This document shows, piece by piece, positions 51,616 to 60,899 of a DNA stretch of 64,000 nucleotides. Origin of the DNA: Planctomycetota bacterium. Lineage in GTDB: Bacteria > Planctomycetota > UBA8108 > SXIK01. Below the pieces are notes generated by a model that saw only the letters and a program-made list of their open reading frames with translations, was not told the DNA's origin and searched no databases. The DNA lies in assembly GCA_965223265.1 (NCBI GenBank), contig OZ244999.1, forward strand, positions 8,928,001 through 8,992,000, given 5' to 3'. A program made the translations under genes and the position numbers. The stretch's first letter is position 1. The number at the start of each line of letters is the position of its first letter.

Positions 51616-52065
51616 TTGACGACCGTAACGGTCTTCTATCCCTACCACCCCCTTGCGGGACGCTCTCTGCCGGTCGTTCGGCGGACCTCGAGAGAACCGC
51701 CCTGCTACTTGGTTCAAATCGAGAAGCGCCAGCTCTTGGTGCCGTGCTGGATGACCGAGGAGAGCGCTATGTGGGTGGAGCTGTGTAGATCGCCCCACAT
51801 CGACGTGGAGGAGCTCCTCGTCATTGCGGCGATCGTAGAGTCTCGACTCCAAGAAGCACCATCGTCCATCCTTGACTCAGAACCAACTCGAACCAAGGAG
51901 GAGGACGATGGTGTGGACGCAGCTTACTCTACCGTTCTTGCCGCCGGAAGATCAAAGCGTGCTCGCAGTGCTGAGCGCGAAGGAGCGGGAGGAAATCGCT
52001 CGGGCAGTGGCGATTCTCCTGCAGGCGATCATCGAGAACCACGGTGTGGAGGGCGAGAACGATGA
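51616..52065 (+). CDS. Y4bD/DUF5372-like recombinase-associated small protein (no clear own start)
   Basis: VTVFYPYHPLAGRSLPVV...LVPCWMT motif, recalled as typical of ORFs preceding this recombinase class. Confidence 0.6.
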   Translation: MTTVTVFYPYHPLAGRSLPVVRRTSREPPCYLVQIEKRQLLVPCWMTEESAMWVELCRSPHIDVEELLVIAAIVESRLQEAPSSILDSEPTRTKEEDDGVDAAYSTVLAAGRSKRARSAEREGAGGNRSGSGDSPAGDHREPRCGGRER

Positions 52066-52075
52066 GGATCGATAG
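51908..52075 (+). CDS. Small hypothetical protein of the recombinase element
   Basis: Strong GGAGGAGG RBS; MVWTQLTLPF... amphipathic helix; overlaps the recombinase start. Confidence 0.6.
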   Translation: MVWTQLTLPFLPPEDQSVLAVLSAKEREEIARAVAILLQAIIENHGVEGENDEDR

Positions 52076-54152
52076 CAATCATCCAGGTGGCGTCACTACC
52101 GAGCACCTCAGGCGCGCGGCAGTAGTATACATTCGTCAATCGTCGCCAACACAGGTGAAGAACAACGAAGAGAGCACGCGCCTGCAACGCGAACTGAGGC
52201 ACAAGGCGGTCGATCTTGGCTGGCGCGAGCCGATTCTCATCGAGGACGATCTCGGCGAGTCGGCTTCTGGATTCGTCGATCGCCCCGGCTTCGAGAAACT
52301 GAAGAGCTGGGTCATTGCCGGGGAAGTCGGGATTATCTTCTGTCTCGAGATTTCCCGACTGTCGAGGAATTCGGTGGACTGGGCGCGACTGATGGAGCTT
52401 TGTCAGCACTTCAATACGCTGATCGCGGACACCGAGCAGGTCTACGATCTGTCGCTCTCTAACGACAGACTGTTGATCGGCATCCGTGGCTCGATCTCAG
52501 AAGCCGAGCTTGCGACGATTCGCTTGCGATTGCGCCTAGGTCAGCAGGCGAAAGCGAAGCGAGGTGAGCTGTGGATTCAGTTACCGATCGGCTACGTCTA
52601 CGACGACACTGAGATTGTCTTCGATCCCGACGAGAGAATCCGTACCGCGATCCGCCGTGTCTTTCAGGACTTCCGTGGCTCCAGTAGTGCCCGACAGCTC
52701 GCATTGCATTACCGAGACGCGGGGATCGAGTTTCCGAGTCGGGGCTTGGGCAACAAGACGGTCAGGTGGGCGGTGCCGTCGGCCAAGTCGCTACACAACC
52801 TCCTGGTCAATCCGACCTATGCTGGAGCCTACGCTTGGGGTCGTTCAAGGACGACAAGCAAGATCGCCGATGGGAGGCTGGTCAAACAGCGTGAACGTCG
52901 GCAAGATCCTGGTGAAGCTCGGGTGATGATCCGTGACCATCACCCAGCCTACATCGATTGGTCAGAGTACGAAGCGAACTTGAAGAAGCTATCGCAGAAT
53001 CGACCGCGAAGAGGGCTCGACGGCAACCGAGGAGCCGCGCGGGAAGGCCAGGCTCTCCTGGCGGGGATGTTGCGTTGTGGTCACTGTGGCGATCAGCTGA
53101 AGGTCCGGTACCGATACGAGAAGGCCTTCTATTACTGCGACGGCACACGAAAGGGGAACTCACGCATTTGTCTCTCTGTTGGGGCATGTCGCGTTGACCC
53201 GATCGTCGCGCAGCAGTTGTGTCGAGCGCTTGACTCCTCGGGGATCGAGGCTGCGACCAGGGCGTTCGAGCAGATCGAGAAGAGCCGAGCCGACGAGTTG
53301 AACTACGCGAAGCAGCAGGTCGAGGCTGCGCAGTACGCCGCCAGTCATGCATTCGAACAGTTCGACGCGTGCGATCCGAGGAATCGCCTTGTTGCGGACA
53401 ACCTCGAGAAACGTCTCAACGACAAGCTTCAGCGGCTTGCCGAGGCAAAGGAGACACTCCACAAGCAGCAGTCGTCGAGATTGACGTTGACTGTCGCAGA
53501 GCGAAAACGTCTCGAGACTCTCGCACGGAACTTCCAGTTGGTCTGGCGATCGACGATTGATGTCAGGCTGAAGAAGACTCTGCTGCGAGCAGCGATTCAC
53601 GAGATCATGATCAAGGAGAGCGGCGAGCTCGTTGGATCCAATCGGCAAAGTCGCCGCCTGGAATTGACGATTCACTGGAAGGGCGGCGTACACTCTACCT
53701 CCGAGCTGTTGCGATTCCCCTCTCCGAAGGCATCAAGGGAAGTTTCGGTGCTCGAGCTGATCAAGCGGCTCAGCGCCGCGGCGCATAGTGACAGCGAGAT
53801 TGCCTTAGTGCTTAACAGACGAAGGCTCACGACCACACGGTGGACCAAAGACAAGGTGACCGAATTTCGCAAACACAACGGTATCAATTCAGCGCAGTCC
53901 TCCGATGATGCGTTGTCGATGAACGGCGCCAGCAAGTACCTAGGAGTTTCCTCGATAGCATTACGTACGCTTGTCGAACGAGGATTGATCAGGAAAAACC
54001 AAGTCGCCGAGTTCGCCCCCTGGCGCGTCTCTCGCCACGAGCTGGACTCCCCAGGAGTCCGGAGCCTCGTGGCGACGCTCAAGGCGACGGGTCGATTCCC
54101 GCCTAAGGAGGGCTGCGCGAAGAACCAGATGACGCTCTTCGACGACCTATGA
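52062..54152 (+). CDS. Large serine recombinase (resolvase + recombinase + zinc ribbon + coiled coil + HTH)
   Basis: VYIRQSS catalytic Ser, EISRLSRN, LVNPTYAG, HHPAYI and LRCGHCG motifs. Confidence 0.93.
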   Translation: MRIDSNHPGGVTTEHLRRAAVVYIRQSSPTQVKNNEESTRLQRELRHKAVDLGWREPILIEDDLGESASGFVDRPGFEKLKSWVIAGEVGIIFCLEISRLSRNSVDWARLMELCQHFNTLIADTEQVYDLSLSNDRLLIGIRGSISEAELATIRLRLRLGQQAKAKRGELWIQLPIGYVYDDTEIVFDPDERIRTAIRRVFQDFRGSSSARQLALHYRDAGIEFPSRGLGNKTVRWAVPSAKSLHNLLVNPTYAGAYAWGRSRTTSKIADGRLVKQRERRQDPGEARVMIRDHHPAYIDWSEYEANLKKLSQNRPRRGLDGNRGAAREGQALLAGMLRCGHCGDQLKVRYRYEKAFYYCDGTRKGNSRICLSVGACRVDPIVAQQLCRALDSSGIEAATRAFEQIEKSRADELNYAKQQVEAAQYAASHAFEQFDACDPRNRLVADNLEKRLNDKLQRLAEAKETLHKQQSSRLTLTVAERKRLETLARNFQLVWRSTIDVRLKKTLLRAAIHEIMIKESGELVGSNRQSRRLELTIHWKGGVHSTSELLRFPSPKASREVSVLELIKRLSAAAHSDSEIALVLNRRRLTTTRWTKDKVTEFRKHNGINSAQSSDDALSMNGASKYLGVSSIALRTLVERGLIRKNQVAEFAPWRVSRHELDSPGVRSLVATLKATGRFPPKEGCAKNQMTLFDDL

Positions 54153-54249
54153 AGGTAAATCGACCGGGTTGTATCAAAGATTCGTCAGATTACGTCGGCT
54201 TACACCGAAAGGACTTACGACAGCGGAAGGTTGGAGGTGCATTGTGTGC

Positions 54250-54297
54250 TCGACTTCACAGTTCCGAGCACCGCGTAAGCTCGACAAGGCCGCCGCC
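54250..54297 (-). promoter_or_regulatory. Displaced distal arm of the gene-2 leader
   Basis: The reverse complement ggcggcggccttgtcgagcttacgcgg matches ggcggcggtattgtcgagcgtaacc at 50370 and can pair with 51507-51537. Confidence 0.7.
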
Positions 54298-54322
54298 GTG
54301 CGGTGACCCCAACCCACACGGA

Positions 54323-54569
54323 CTCCCACACGGACTCCCACACGGACTCCCACACCCACGGGAACGGCCGACGCGCACGCCGACAAGGCCGGACGGCACA
54401 CGGCGTGTGCCTGCCACGTTGAAGAGGCGCGCACCCCCTCCCACACGGACTCCCACACGGACTCCCACACCCACGGGAACGGCCGACGCGCACGCCGACA
54501 AGGCCGGACGGCACACGGCGTGTGCCTGCCACGTTGAAGAGGCGCGCACCCCCTCCCACACGGACTCCC
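54323..54569. repeat. 115-bp perfect tandem duplication containing 12-mer (CCCACACGGACT) subrepeats
   Basis: GGGAACGGCCG occurs at 54360 and 54475. Identity at offset 115 runs from 54323 to 54569. Confidence 0.92.
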
Positions 54570-54577
54570 CCTCCCAC

Positions 54578-54655
54578 GCCCACGCCCACGCCCACGCAAA
54601 CGCCCACGCAAACGCCCACGCCCACGCCCACGCAAACGCAAACGCAAACGCAAAC
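54578..54655. repeat. 13-unit mixed GCCCAC/GCAAAC hexamer tract
   Basis: Units counted by eye; same two units as at 26447-26512. Confidence 0.95.
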
Positions 54656-54671
54656 GCGCGCGAGCAATCTC

Positions 54672-55742
54672 CTACAGATCGCGGAAACGAAAGCTGCTTT
54701 CGATCTTGGCGGCGTCCGTTCTGCCATCGACCTCAACGTACGGATAGATCAGGAAATTCACTGGCCCGCCGCTCTGCGGTGGATCGAGAATCAGATCGCG
54801 TCCGCGCGAGAACGCGACGCGGTTTTCGCAGATGGCACCGAAGAAGTATTCTTTCCTCGTCGGGTCCTTGTCGGCCTCCGAAGCGTCCACCGGACGCCAG
54901 CGGCCGGCGTCGTCTTGGTACCAGGCCCAGCAGTGATAGCCGCCGACGGATCCTTCGCCGCGGCGTTCTGGAAGCGGAAATCCGATCTCAAAGACGGCGG
55001 GAATCTCCTTCGCGCGCGACATGGCGATGAAGAGAGTGTGAAAATCGGAACAGTTTCCCTTACCACTCTCGCAGACGTACTCCAGATTGCCGCGTCCCCA
55101 ACCCACGCCAGATTTGTCGTAGTCGACGTCGGCGAGAACTTGATCGTAGATCGCTTTCGCTTTTCCTTCGACGTCGGAGTGTCCGTGGGTGGCTCGTGCG
55201 GCTCGGAGTCTTGCCGCATCGCTGAGCGGCGCGAGGCGGTCTCCGGACAAAAGTCGCCTTCGACGTGGCAGACCGGGGAGGTTTGCGAGCGCGGCGACTT
55301 CGTGGCGGTCGACGTCCATCGTCACGGAGATCGGGATCTCGTCGGGTAGCGGCGCATTGAACTCGAGGTAAGCAAGACGGTTGCCGTAGACCTTCTCCTC
55401 GCCAAATTCAGGCTTCGCCGGAGCGTTCACCTCGACGCGCTGCACGGTCTGCGCGCCGTCGTCGGTCGGGAGCGGTAGCCAGATACGCACCTGATTGGCG
55501 TCTTTCGCGATGCCGGATATGGTCGTGCTGTATTCGAAGCGAAACAGTCGCCGACCCGAGAGGTCCGTTTGTTCTTGGGGCTCGCGACACGCGCAGAGCG
55601 GCAACCCGAAGACCAGAATGCACGCAAGACGGAGGAGCCGCGTGCGACAGGCCTGTCGACAAGCGCGCTGGGAGTTGTCGCAAGCGTTCAATCGATGCAA
55701 GCCACGATCGTGACGAATGGAAGAGTTCATAAACGAAAACAA
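54672..55742 (-). CDS. Transglutaminase-like domain protein
   Basis: Triad motifs GNCSDFH, YHCWAW and VDAS. Start is uncertain. Confidence 0.88.
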   Translation of the reverse strand: MFSFMNSSIRHDRGLHRLNACDNSQRACRQACRTRLLRLACILVFGLPLCACREPQEQTDLSGRRLFRFEYSTTISGIAKDANQVRIWLPLPTDDGAQTVQRVEVNAPAKPEFGEEKVYGNRLAYLEFNAPLPDEIPISVTMDVDRHEVAALANLPGLPRRRRLLSGDRLAPLSDAARLRAARATHGHSDVEGKAKAIYDQVLADVDYDKSGVGWGRGNLEYVCESGKGNCSDFHTLFIAMSRAKEIPAVFEIGFPLPERRGEGSVGGYHCWAWYQDDAGRWRPVDASEADKDPTRKEYFFGAICENRVAFSRGRDLILDPPQSGGPVNFLIYPYVEVDGRTDAAKIESSFRFRDL

Positions 55743-56080
55743 AGTTTTCCCCTTCTTAGCAGAGACCCGTCCTGTCGCTCACGTGCGCCGTGTACGACGA
55801 CGGGTGGGTTCGCTCTCGCACCTCTCGGAGTGCTGAAGCGAAGCTGGCCTTTGACGCGGCGCGGTGCACCATGTCGGCGGCGAGAAAGAAGGAGCTCCGC
55901 TGGAGCTATTTCGAAAGCGCGAGGAAAAATGCAGACGACCTGCCAGCAGTCACGCAGTGTGCTCAGCCAAAAGGCAAGGTGATCTGGTACTTTGAGAAGC
56001 GCTTTCGCATTCAAGAACAGTATCTGAAGCGGAAGGTTGCGTCAAGCGCGGCACGGCTGATCCGACGGCGGCTCCGTGTT

Positions 56081-57505
56081 TCAATCGACTCGCAGCACCA
56101 CCCCGGGGCTCTTCGCCGCCAAAACCCAAACCCGTACCCAATCGAGTCGCGGTGGTCGCTCCTCTTGTTCGTTCGCGACCGCGGTCAACCGCCGGTGGAG
56201 CTCAGTTTCATCTCGCAGCGCTAAATCGTCCACGCGATGCACGCCGAGTCTTTCGAGTAGGTGGCCGTAGCGCGCTCCGATCCCTTTGAACGTATAAAGC
56301 TCCGCGCGACCGACGATCTCATTTAGACGTCCGTTCACCCACGCGAGATCACTTGCGAGTTGGGTGCGCTCGTTGGAGGCTTCGACTCGACGCAGCAGCT
56401 GCCGTGGTCGCTGCACGTCGAGACCACGCAGCTGGCGCTCTTCGACCGCGGACAGGTCGAGGTCCTGTAGCGTCAACTCGAATGAGCCGCAGTTCGTGTC
56501 GACCGCGAGGAGCGCAACGAGGGCCCAAAAGAGCGGCTGTGCACGGCTCAAGGATTGCGCCCTGGGAGTTGTATGCTTCTGTGGCTCCATCGCGTAGCTG
56601 AGATCGTCCAGTCGTTCCCATGTCTCGCCGCGCCCAAGAAACGACGCCATGAGCGCGTACGCTGCAAGACAGTCGAACGCCAATGCTGGAAAACCGAGGA
56701 AGCCGAGGAGAGGCATTTCGAACAGCTTGAAGTTCTCAAGTCCGCGGACGGTGTAGATCCACTTTTGCGGTGCGAGATAGTTGCAGCTCTCCCAGACAAC
56801 TCCGCAAATCAAACCGGCGACAAAGACGCGCCCGAAGAGCCCCCAATCTCGAGATTCCATGTCACGCAGAATCGAGCGCGTGCCGCGGCGATAGTTCCAG
56901 GGATCGACGATGAACGTGAAACTACCCCAGATGAGCGGTGCGCAGTAGTACGGGAAGACAATCGCCGTGAAAGCCATTGCTGCCCCGAGGCCTTGCACTG
57001 CGTAGCTGACCCACGTGGGCAGTTTGCCGGGCGTCTCCGCTGGCGCGTCTCGGCGTCGCCAGAGCCCGAACGCGGTCAACGCATCGTAAGTCGAGAAGAT
57101 GCCGACGAACACAGTCGAGAACGAGAGAACGACGAAAACGCCCCCACCGAGAAGCTCCAAAAGGCTATCGGCGGTGAACACGCCAACGTAGTACCAGTTC
57201 TGGAAGCGGACGTTGAGGAGTTCAAAGAAACACCAAAACGTCGTCGACCACAGGCACATTGACAGAACGTAACGCCGTCTTGTTGTCAGCAAAGAGTCCC
57301 CACGACGCAGTGCGCTCAAGCCGTCAAGGATGAAGATGTATGACCACCAAGCGTAGGCGTAGAACGGCTGCGCGATCCACCCGATGTCACGCCACAATCC
57401 CCAGGCCGAAAGAGCCGCGAGCCCGAAGCCGGCGCACAGATGGAGAACACCGAGGCGCGCCACGGTCTTGGGCTGAAGAGGTAGACGAAGAGTCGTGGAA
57501 AACAT
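56081..57505 (-). CDS. Multi-pass membrane protein with C-terminal DUF4332-like domain
   Basis: FELLNVRFQNWYY, WESCNY...KWIY, LFEMPLLGFLGF; C-terminal KGIGARYGHLLERLGV. Confidence 0.75.
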   Translation of the reverse strand: MFSTTLRLPLQPKTVARLGVLHLCAGFGLAALSAWGLWRDIGWIAQPFYAYAWWSYIFILDGLSALRRGDSLLTTRRRYVLSMCLWSTTFWCFFELLNVRFQNWYYVGVFTADSLLELLGGGVFVVLSFSTVFVGIFSTYDALTAFGLWRRRDAPAETPGKLPTWVSYAVQGLGAAMAFTAIVFPYYCAPLIWGSFTFIVDPWNYRRGTRSILRDMESRDWGLFGRVFVAGLICGVVWESCNYLAPQKWIYTVRGLENFKLFEMPLLGFLGFPALAFDCLAAYALMASFLGRGETWERLDDLSYAMEPQKHTTPRAQSLSRAQPLFWALVALLAVDTNCGSFELTLQDLDLSAVEERQLRGLDVQRPRQLLRRVEASNERTQLASDLAWVNGRLNEIVGRAELYTFKGIGARYGHLLERLGVHRVDDLALRDETELHRRLTAVANEQEERPPRLDWVRVWVLAAKSPGVVLRVD

Positions 57506-57570
57506 GGCGTTCGTCCTTACGTCGGCGCGACGCGTGCACCCCGCGCATGCCCTCGGTTCAGCACGCCCCT

Positions 57571-58947
57571 TCAATTCAAACGGTTTAAGATGTCGCCCAG
57601 GCTTTGATCGAGAATCGCGAGCATCTCGTCGAGCTGTTCGCCCGTGGTGACGAGTGGTGGACCGAAGGCGATCCAGTGTGGATCGAAGCGGCACAAGAGA
57701 CCGAGTTCCAGCGCGCGACGCCCGACTTGCACGCCGAAAGCCACGTCGTCTGCAAATCGTTCCTTCGTCTCGACGTTACGGACAAACTCCATTCCTTGAA
57801 GAAAGCCTTTGCCACGAATGTCGCCGACGACGCCATGCTTCTCGGCCAGGCGTTCGAAGCCGCGGCGCAGGCGTTCCCCTTGGACTTTGACGTTGGCGAG
57901 CAGGTCGCGCTCGATGATCTCGCGCAGAACGGCCAGCGCGGCAGAGCACGAGATCGGATTACCTTCGAACGTGTGGCCTTCGACGAAGCCGGGGTTGTCG
58001 GTTGCGTCGCCCCAGAAGGAATCTGCAATCGAGCGCCCGCAGATCATCGCTGAGATCGGTGCGTAACCGCCGCCGAGTCCCTTGCCGACGCACAGTACGT
58101 CAGGTGTGACACCGAAAGTCTCAGCGGCGAACAGCTCTCCGGTGCGGCCAGCTCCGGTGATGATTTCGTCGAAGATCAGTAGCACGTCGTGGCGAGTGCA
58201 GACTTCGCGAAGGATCCTCAGGTATTCGTCCGGTGGATCAATGATGCCGCCGGTGTGGCCGATCGGCTCGACGATCACCGCCGCGACCGTCTTCGGATCT
58301 TCGAGGTCGACTACGTCACCGACCAATGTCGCACACGTGATGTCGCACTCGGGATAGGTCTTACCGAAAGGACAGCGATAGCAAGTTGGTGGAAACACGT
58401 GAACGAATCCTGGCGCCATGGGCTCGTTGACGGTCTTGCGCGATTTCAACCCAGACGCCGACAGTGAGCCAAGGGTAGAGCCGTGCCAGGAATGATAGCG
58501 CGATACTATTTTGTACTTACCCGCGTTCCCGCGGAGGCGATGATACTGGCGCGCCAATTTGATCGCGGCTTCGGTCGCTTCAGAGCCACCGCATTCGAAT
58601 TTGATCGCGCCGAGATCTCCCGGAGCGAGCTCGGCGAGCAGATTGGCAAGCTGGATCGCGACGGGGTTCGTCCCGTGCATCGCGGGTGAAAAGTGTGTGC
58701 GGTCGAGCTGCGCGTGCATCGAGTCGATGACGCGGCGGTTGTTGTGGCCGACCGAGACGACGTAGATGCCGCTGATGGCGTCGAAGTAGCGCTTGTCGTG
58801 GACGTCCCAGTAGAACACATCGTCGGCACGCTGCATGATGAGCGGATTCTTCGACCACTCGGCCATCTGGTCGCGGACGAAGATGCTGCGCAGGAACTGC
58901 TGCTCGGTCGTCTGGGCGGCGGAGATGAGATCGGGGAAGGTGTTCAT
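57571..58947 (-). CDS. Class III aminotransferase
   Basis: GGSEATE, SWHGST, IFDEIITGAGRTG and GKGLGGGY motifs. Confidence 0.92.
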   Translation of the reverse strand: MNTFPDLISAAQTTEQQFLRSIFVRDQMAEWSKNPLIMQRADDVFYWDVHDKRYFDAISGIYVVSVGHNNRRVIDSMHAQLDRTHFSPAMHGTNPVAIQLANLLAELAPGDLGAIKFECGGSEATEAAIKLARQYHRLRGNAGKYKIVSRYHSWHGSTLGSLSASGLKSRKTVNEPMAPGFVHVFPPTCYRCPFGKTYPECDITCATLVGDVVDLEDPKTVAAVIVEPIGHTGGIIDPPDEYLRILREVCTRHDVLLIFDEIITGAGRTGELFAAETFGVTPDVLCVGKGLGGGYAPISAMICGRSIADSFWGDATDNPGFVEGHTFEGNPISCSAALAVLREIIERDLLANVKVQGERLRRGFERLAEKHGVVGDIRGKGFLQGMEFVRNVETKERFADDVAFGVQVGRRALELGLLCRFDPHWIAFGPPLVTTGEQLDEMLAILDQSLGDILNRLN

Positions 58948-59335
58948 AGGTAATGTCTGCGGGTCCTCAAGAGGTCGGCGGTATCGCTGCGGATGATACT
59001 CGAGTTCATCGACGAGGTAAAACGGCCACCATGTGGCAGCGATCCGTCTCATGGCTTGCGGAACGTTGCTCGCTGACTCGGCGTCGGCTGGACGTGAAGC
59101 GGGTGACGGCGTACGATGCTCGACGCGATTCACCTGGCGTGTCGGCGATTTTTATACCGCGTGGGCGCAAGTCGCCGTCGCCTTGACGAAGTGTCGCCAA
59201 AGTCAGCGCTGACGAAAGCGAGCTTCGGCGCGGCAGTTTGTGCTGCAGGTCGCCGCGGAAACGACAACATAACTGCAGGAAGAAGGCGCGCGGTCGATGA
59301 ATGTGCGTCTGACCAACGAGCGGGAGATCAAGAAA

Positions 59336-60037
59336 ATGAGTGACGCGAAACGCGCCGCATTCGGCTCCGACGACCTGAGCCTTCCCGCGGCGCTGCGAGC
59401 TCCTCTTCAGGAGCATCTGGAGGATCTTCGAGGCAAGTATCTGCAGCGCGGCTGGGGGGCACGAGTCGGCTTCGGCGAGCGCCCGGCGCTCATCGTGATC
59501 GACCTGGCGAAGTTTTGGCTTGATCCAGATTTGCAGATCGGCAGCGATCTCGATTCCGTTGTCGACGCCACCTGCAAGGTCCTTGCGGCGTCACGGCAGG
59601 CTCAAATTCCGATCTTCTTTACGACGCTCGCATACGACCCTGCAGATCCTCCGAGTCCACAGAACGTTAAGCTACAGATGCGCATTCCACCGGATCCGGG
59701 CGACCTCTTCGAGGTCGACGCGCGACTGGAGCGGCGCGCCAGCGAGAAGCTGATCAAGAAGCGATACGCGTCATCGTTCAAAGGCACGAACTTACACGAG
59801 ATGCTCGCGTCCCTTGGCGTCGATACATTGATCGTCACCGGCATCAGCACGAGTCATTGCGTCTACGCGACGTGTCGCGATGCGACGGATAGCTTTCGGG
59901 TGATTGTCCCACGCGAAGCTGTCGGCGAGCGTTGCGAGATCATGCACGCGGTGAATCTCCTCGACATCGATATCGATCTCGGGGACGTCACCCCCGTCAC
60001 GCAGGTGGTGGAGTGGATCACGCGCCTGCGTGCGTGA
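59336..60037 (+). CDS. Isochorismatase-family cysteine hydrolase
   Basis: ALIVID, KRYASSF and TGISTSHCVYAT motifs. Confidence 0.9.
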   Translation: MSDAKRAAFGSDDLSLPAALRAPLQEHLEDLRGKYLQRGWGARVGFGERPALIVIDLAKFWLDPDLQIGSDLDSVVDATCKVLAASRQAQIPIFFTTLAYDPADPPSPQNVKLQMRIPPDPGDLFEVDARLERRASEKLIKKRYASSFKGTNLHEMLASLGVDTLIVTGISTSHCVYATCRDATDSFRVIVPREAVGERCEIMHAVNLLDIDIDLGDVTPVTQVVEWITRLRA

Positions 60038-60103
60038 CGTCGAGCCATCGGTGTGACTCGCACATGCTAGTGACCTCGATCGGGTGCGGATCGACTGTTC
60101 ACG

Positions 60104-60706
60104 CTAAGTTGCTGCGCCTTCGGAGGCCGGAGTCTTGCCGACGACGATCGCGATGACCGCGCCGGCGAGACCCCACGCGATCATGACGTCGGCGATCCCG
60201 ATGATCGTGAACATGTCCGGGTAGCCCCACCAAATCCAGTTGGGCAGGTAGCCAACCACGCTCGCGAACAGAGCCAGCCCGACGACGAAGGTCACCCGGG
60301 CCATGAAGCTCTGGAGTCGCGCTTGCAGTAGTAACCAGGTGACGACGATTGCGCCTAAGATGTTGACGGCTGCGCCAAAACCCATGTTGACGAACATTGA
60401 GGGCATGCCCTTCTTGCGCACGACGGCGAAGAGAAACGGACCCTCCGTCATCTTTCGCTGGCATTCGTCAAACGCCGCTTTCTTCTCTTCGGGTGTCATG
60501 TCGGCGCTGATTTTGGCCATTCCCGGGTAGGTGTAAACGCCCGGTTCATCGGAGGGGACACCGGCGACAACGGCGTCCTTCACGGCCGATTCGTCGTCCA
60601 AGGAGTTGATGGTCGGATTGTGCCACGTCAGCACCATCCACGAGACCATGCTCCACGCGAAGGCCACGACTCCGCCGATGATTCCACCAATGATTACCTT
60701 CGCCAT
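60104..60706 (-). CDS. Hypothetical membrane protein
   Basis: Four hydrophobic helices; GGAG upstream of MAKVIIGG. Confidence 0.75.
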   Translation of the reverse strand: MAKVIIGGIIGGVVAFAWSMVSWMVLTWHNPTINSLDDESAVKDAVVAGVPSDEPGVYTYPGMAKISADMTPEEKKAAFDECQRKMTEGPFLFAVVRKKGMPSMFVNMGFGAAVNILGAIVVTWLLLQARLQSFMARVTFVVGLALFASVVGYLPNWIWWGYPDMFTIIGIADVMIAWGLAGAVIAIVVGKTPASEGAAT

Positions 60707-60899
60707 CGTTTTCTCCGAAGCAGCGCCATGATCGATTTTTCGGACTCCACCGCATTGGTATAGCCTGCCGCTTGAGACAGCACAAGGGCTCGTCCAGGAC
60801 CTAAACCCGTACTCGCCCGCAGTTCTCTGGTTGCTCGGCTCGCGTCCTCTGGGGTACATTCGACTTCACACTCGGCACAGAATCGGAGGTTCATGCGCC

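Larger units (their letters stand above)
51598..54249 (+). mobile_element. Large-serine-recombinase integrative element (about 2.65 kb)
   Basis: Two small ORFs plus a recombinase. Ends GC-c-CACACTG and CATTGTG-t-GC are symmetric about a GC dinucleotide. The flanks are the two halves of one leader. Confidence 0.75.

Noticed and set aside
54323-54655. CRISPR array
   Set aside because: Units are identical tandem copies with no unique spacers, and there are no cas genes.
54149-55030. 293-aa ORF as a real protein
   Set aside because: Beyond codon 33 it is translated repeat sequence and antisense to the transglutaminase gene. Only the first part is considered, as half of a split gene.
55790-56224. 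Possible basic small protein on the + strand
   Set aside because: No recognisable motif and a 144-nt overlap with the convergent gene; support is insufficient.
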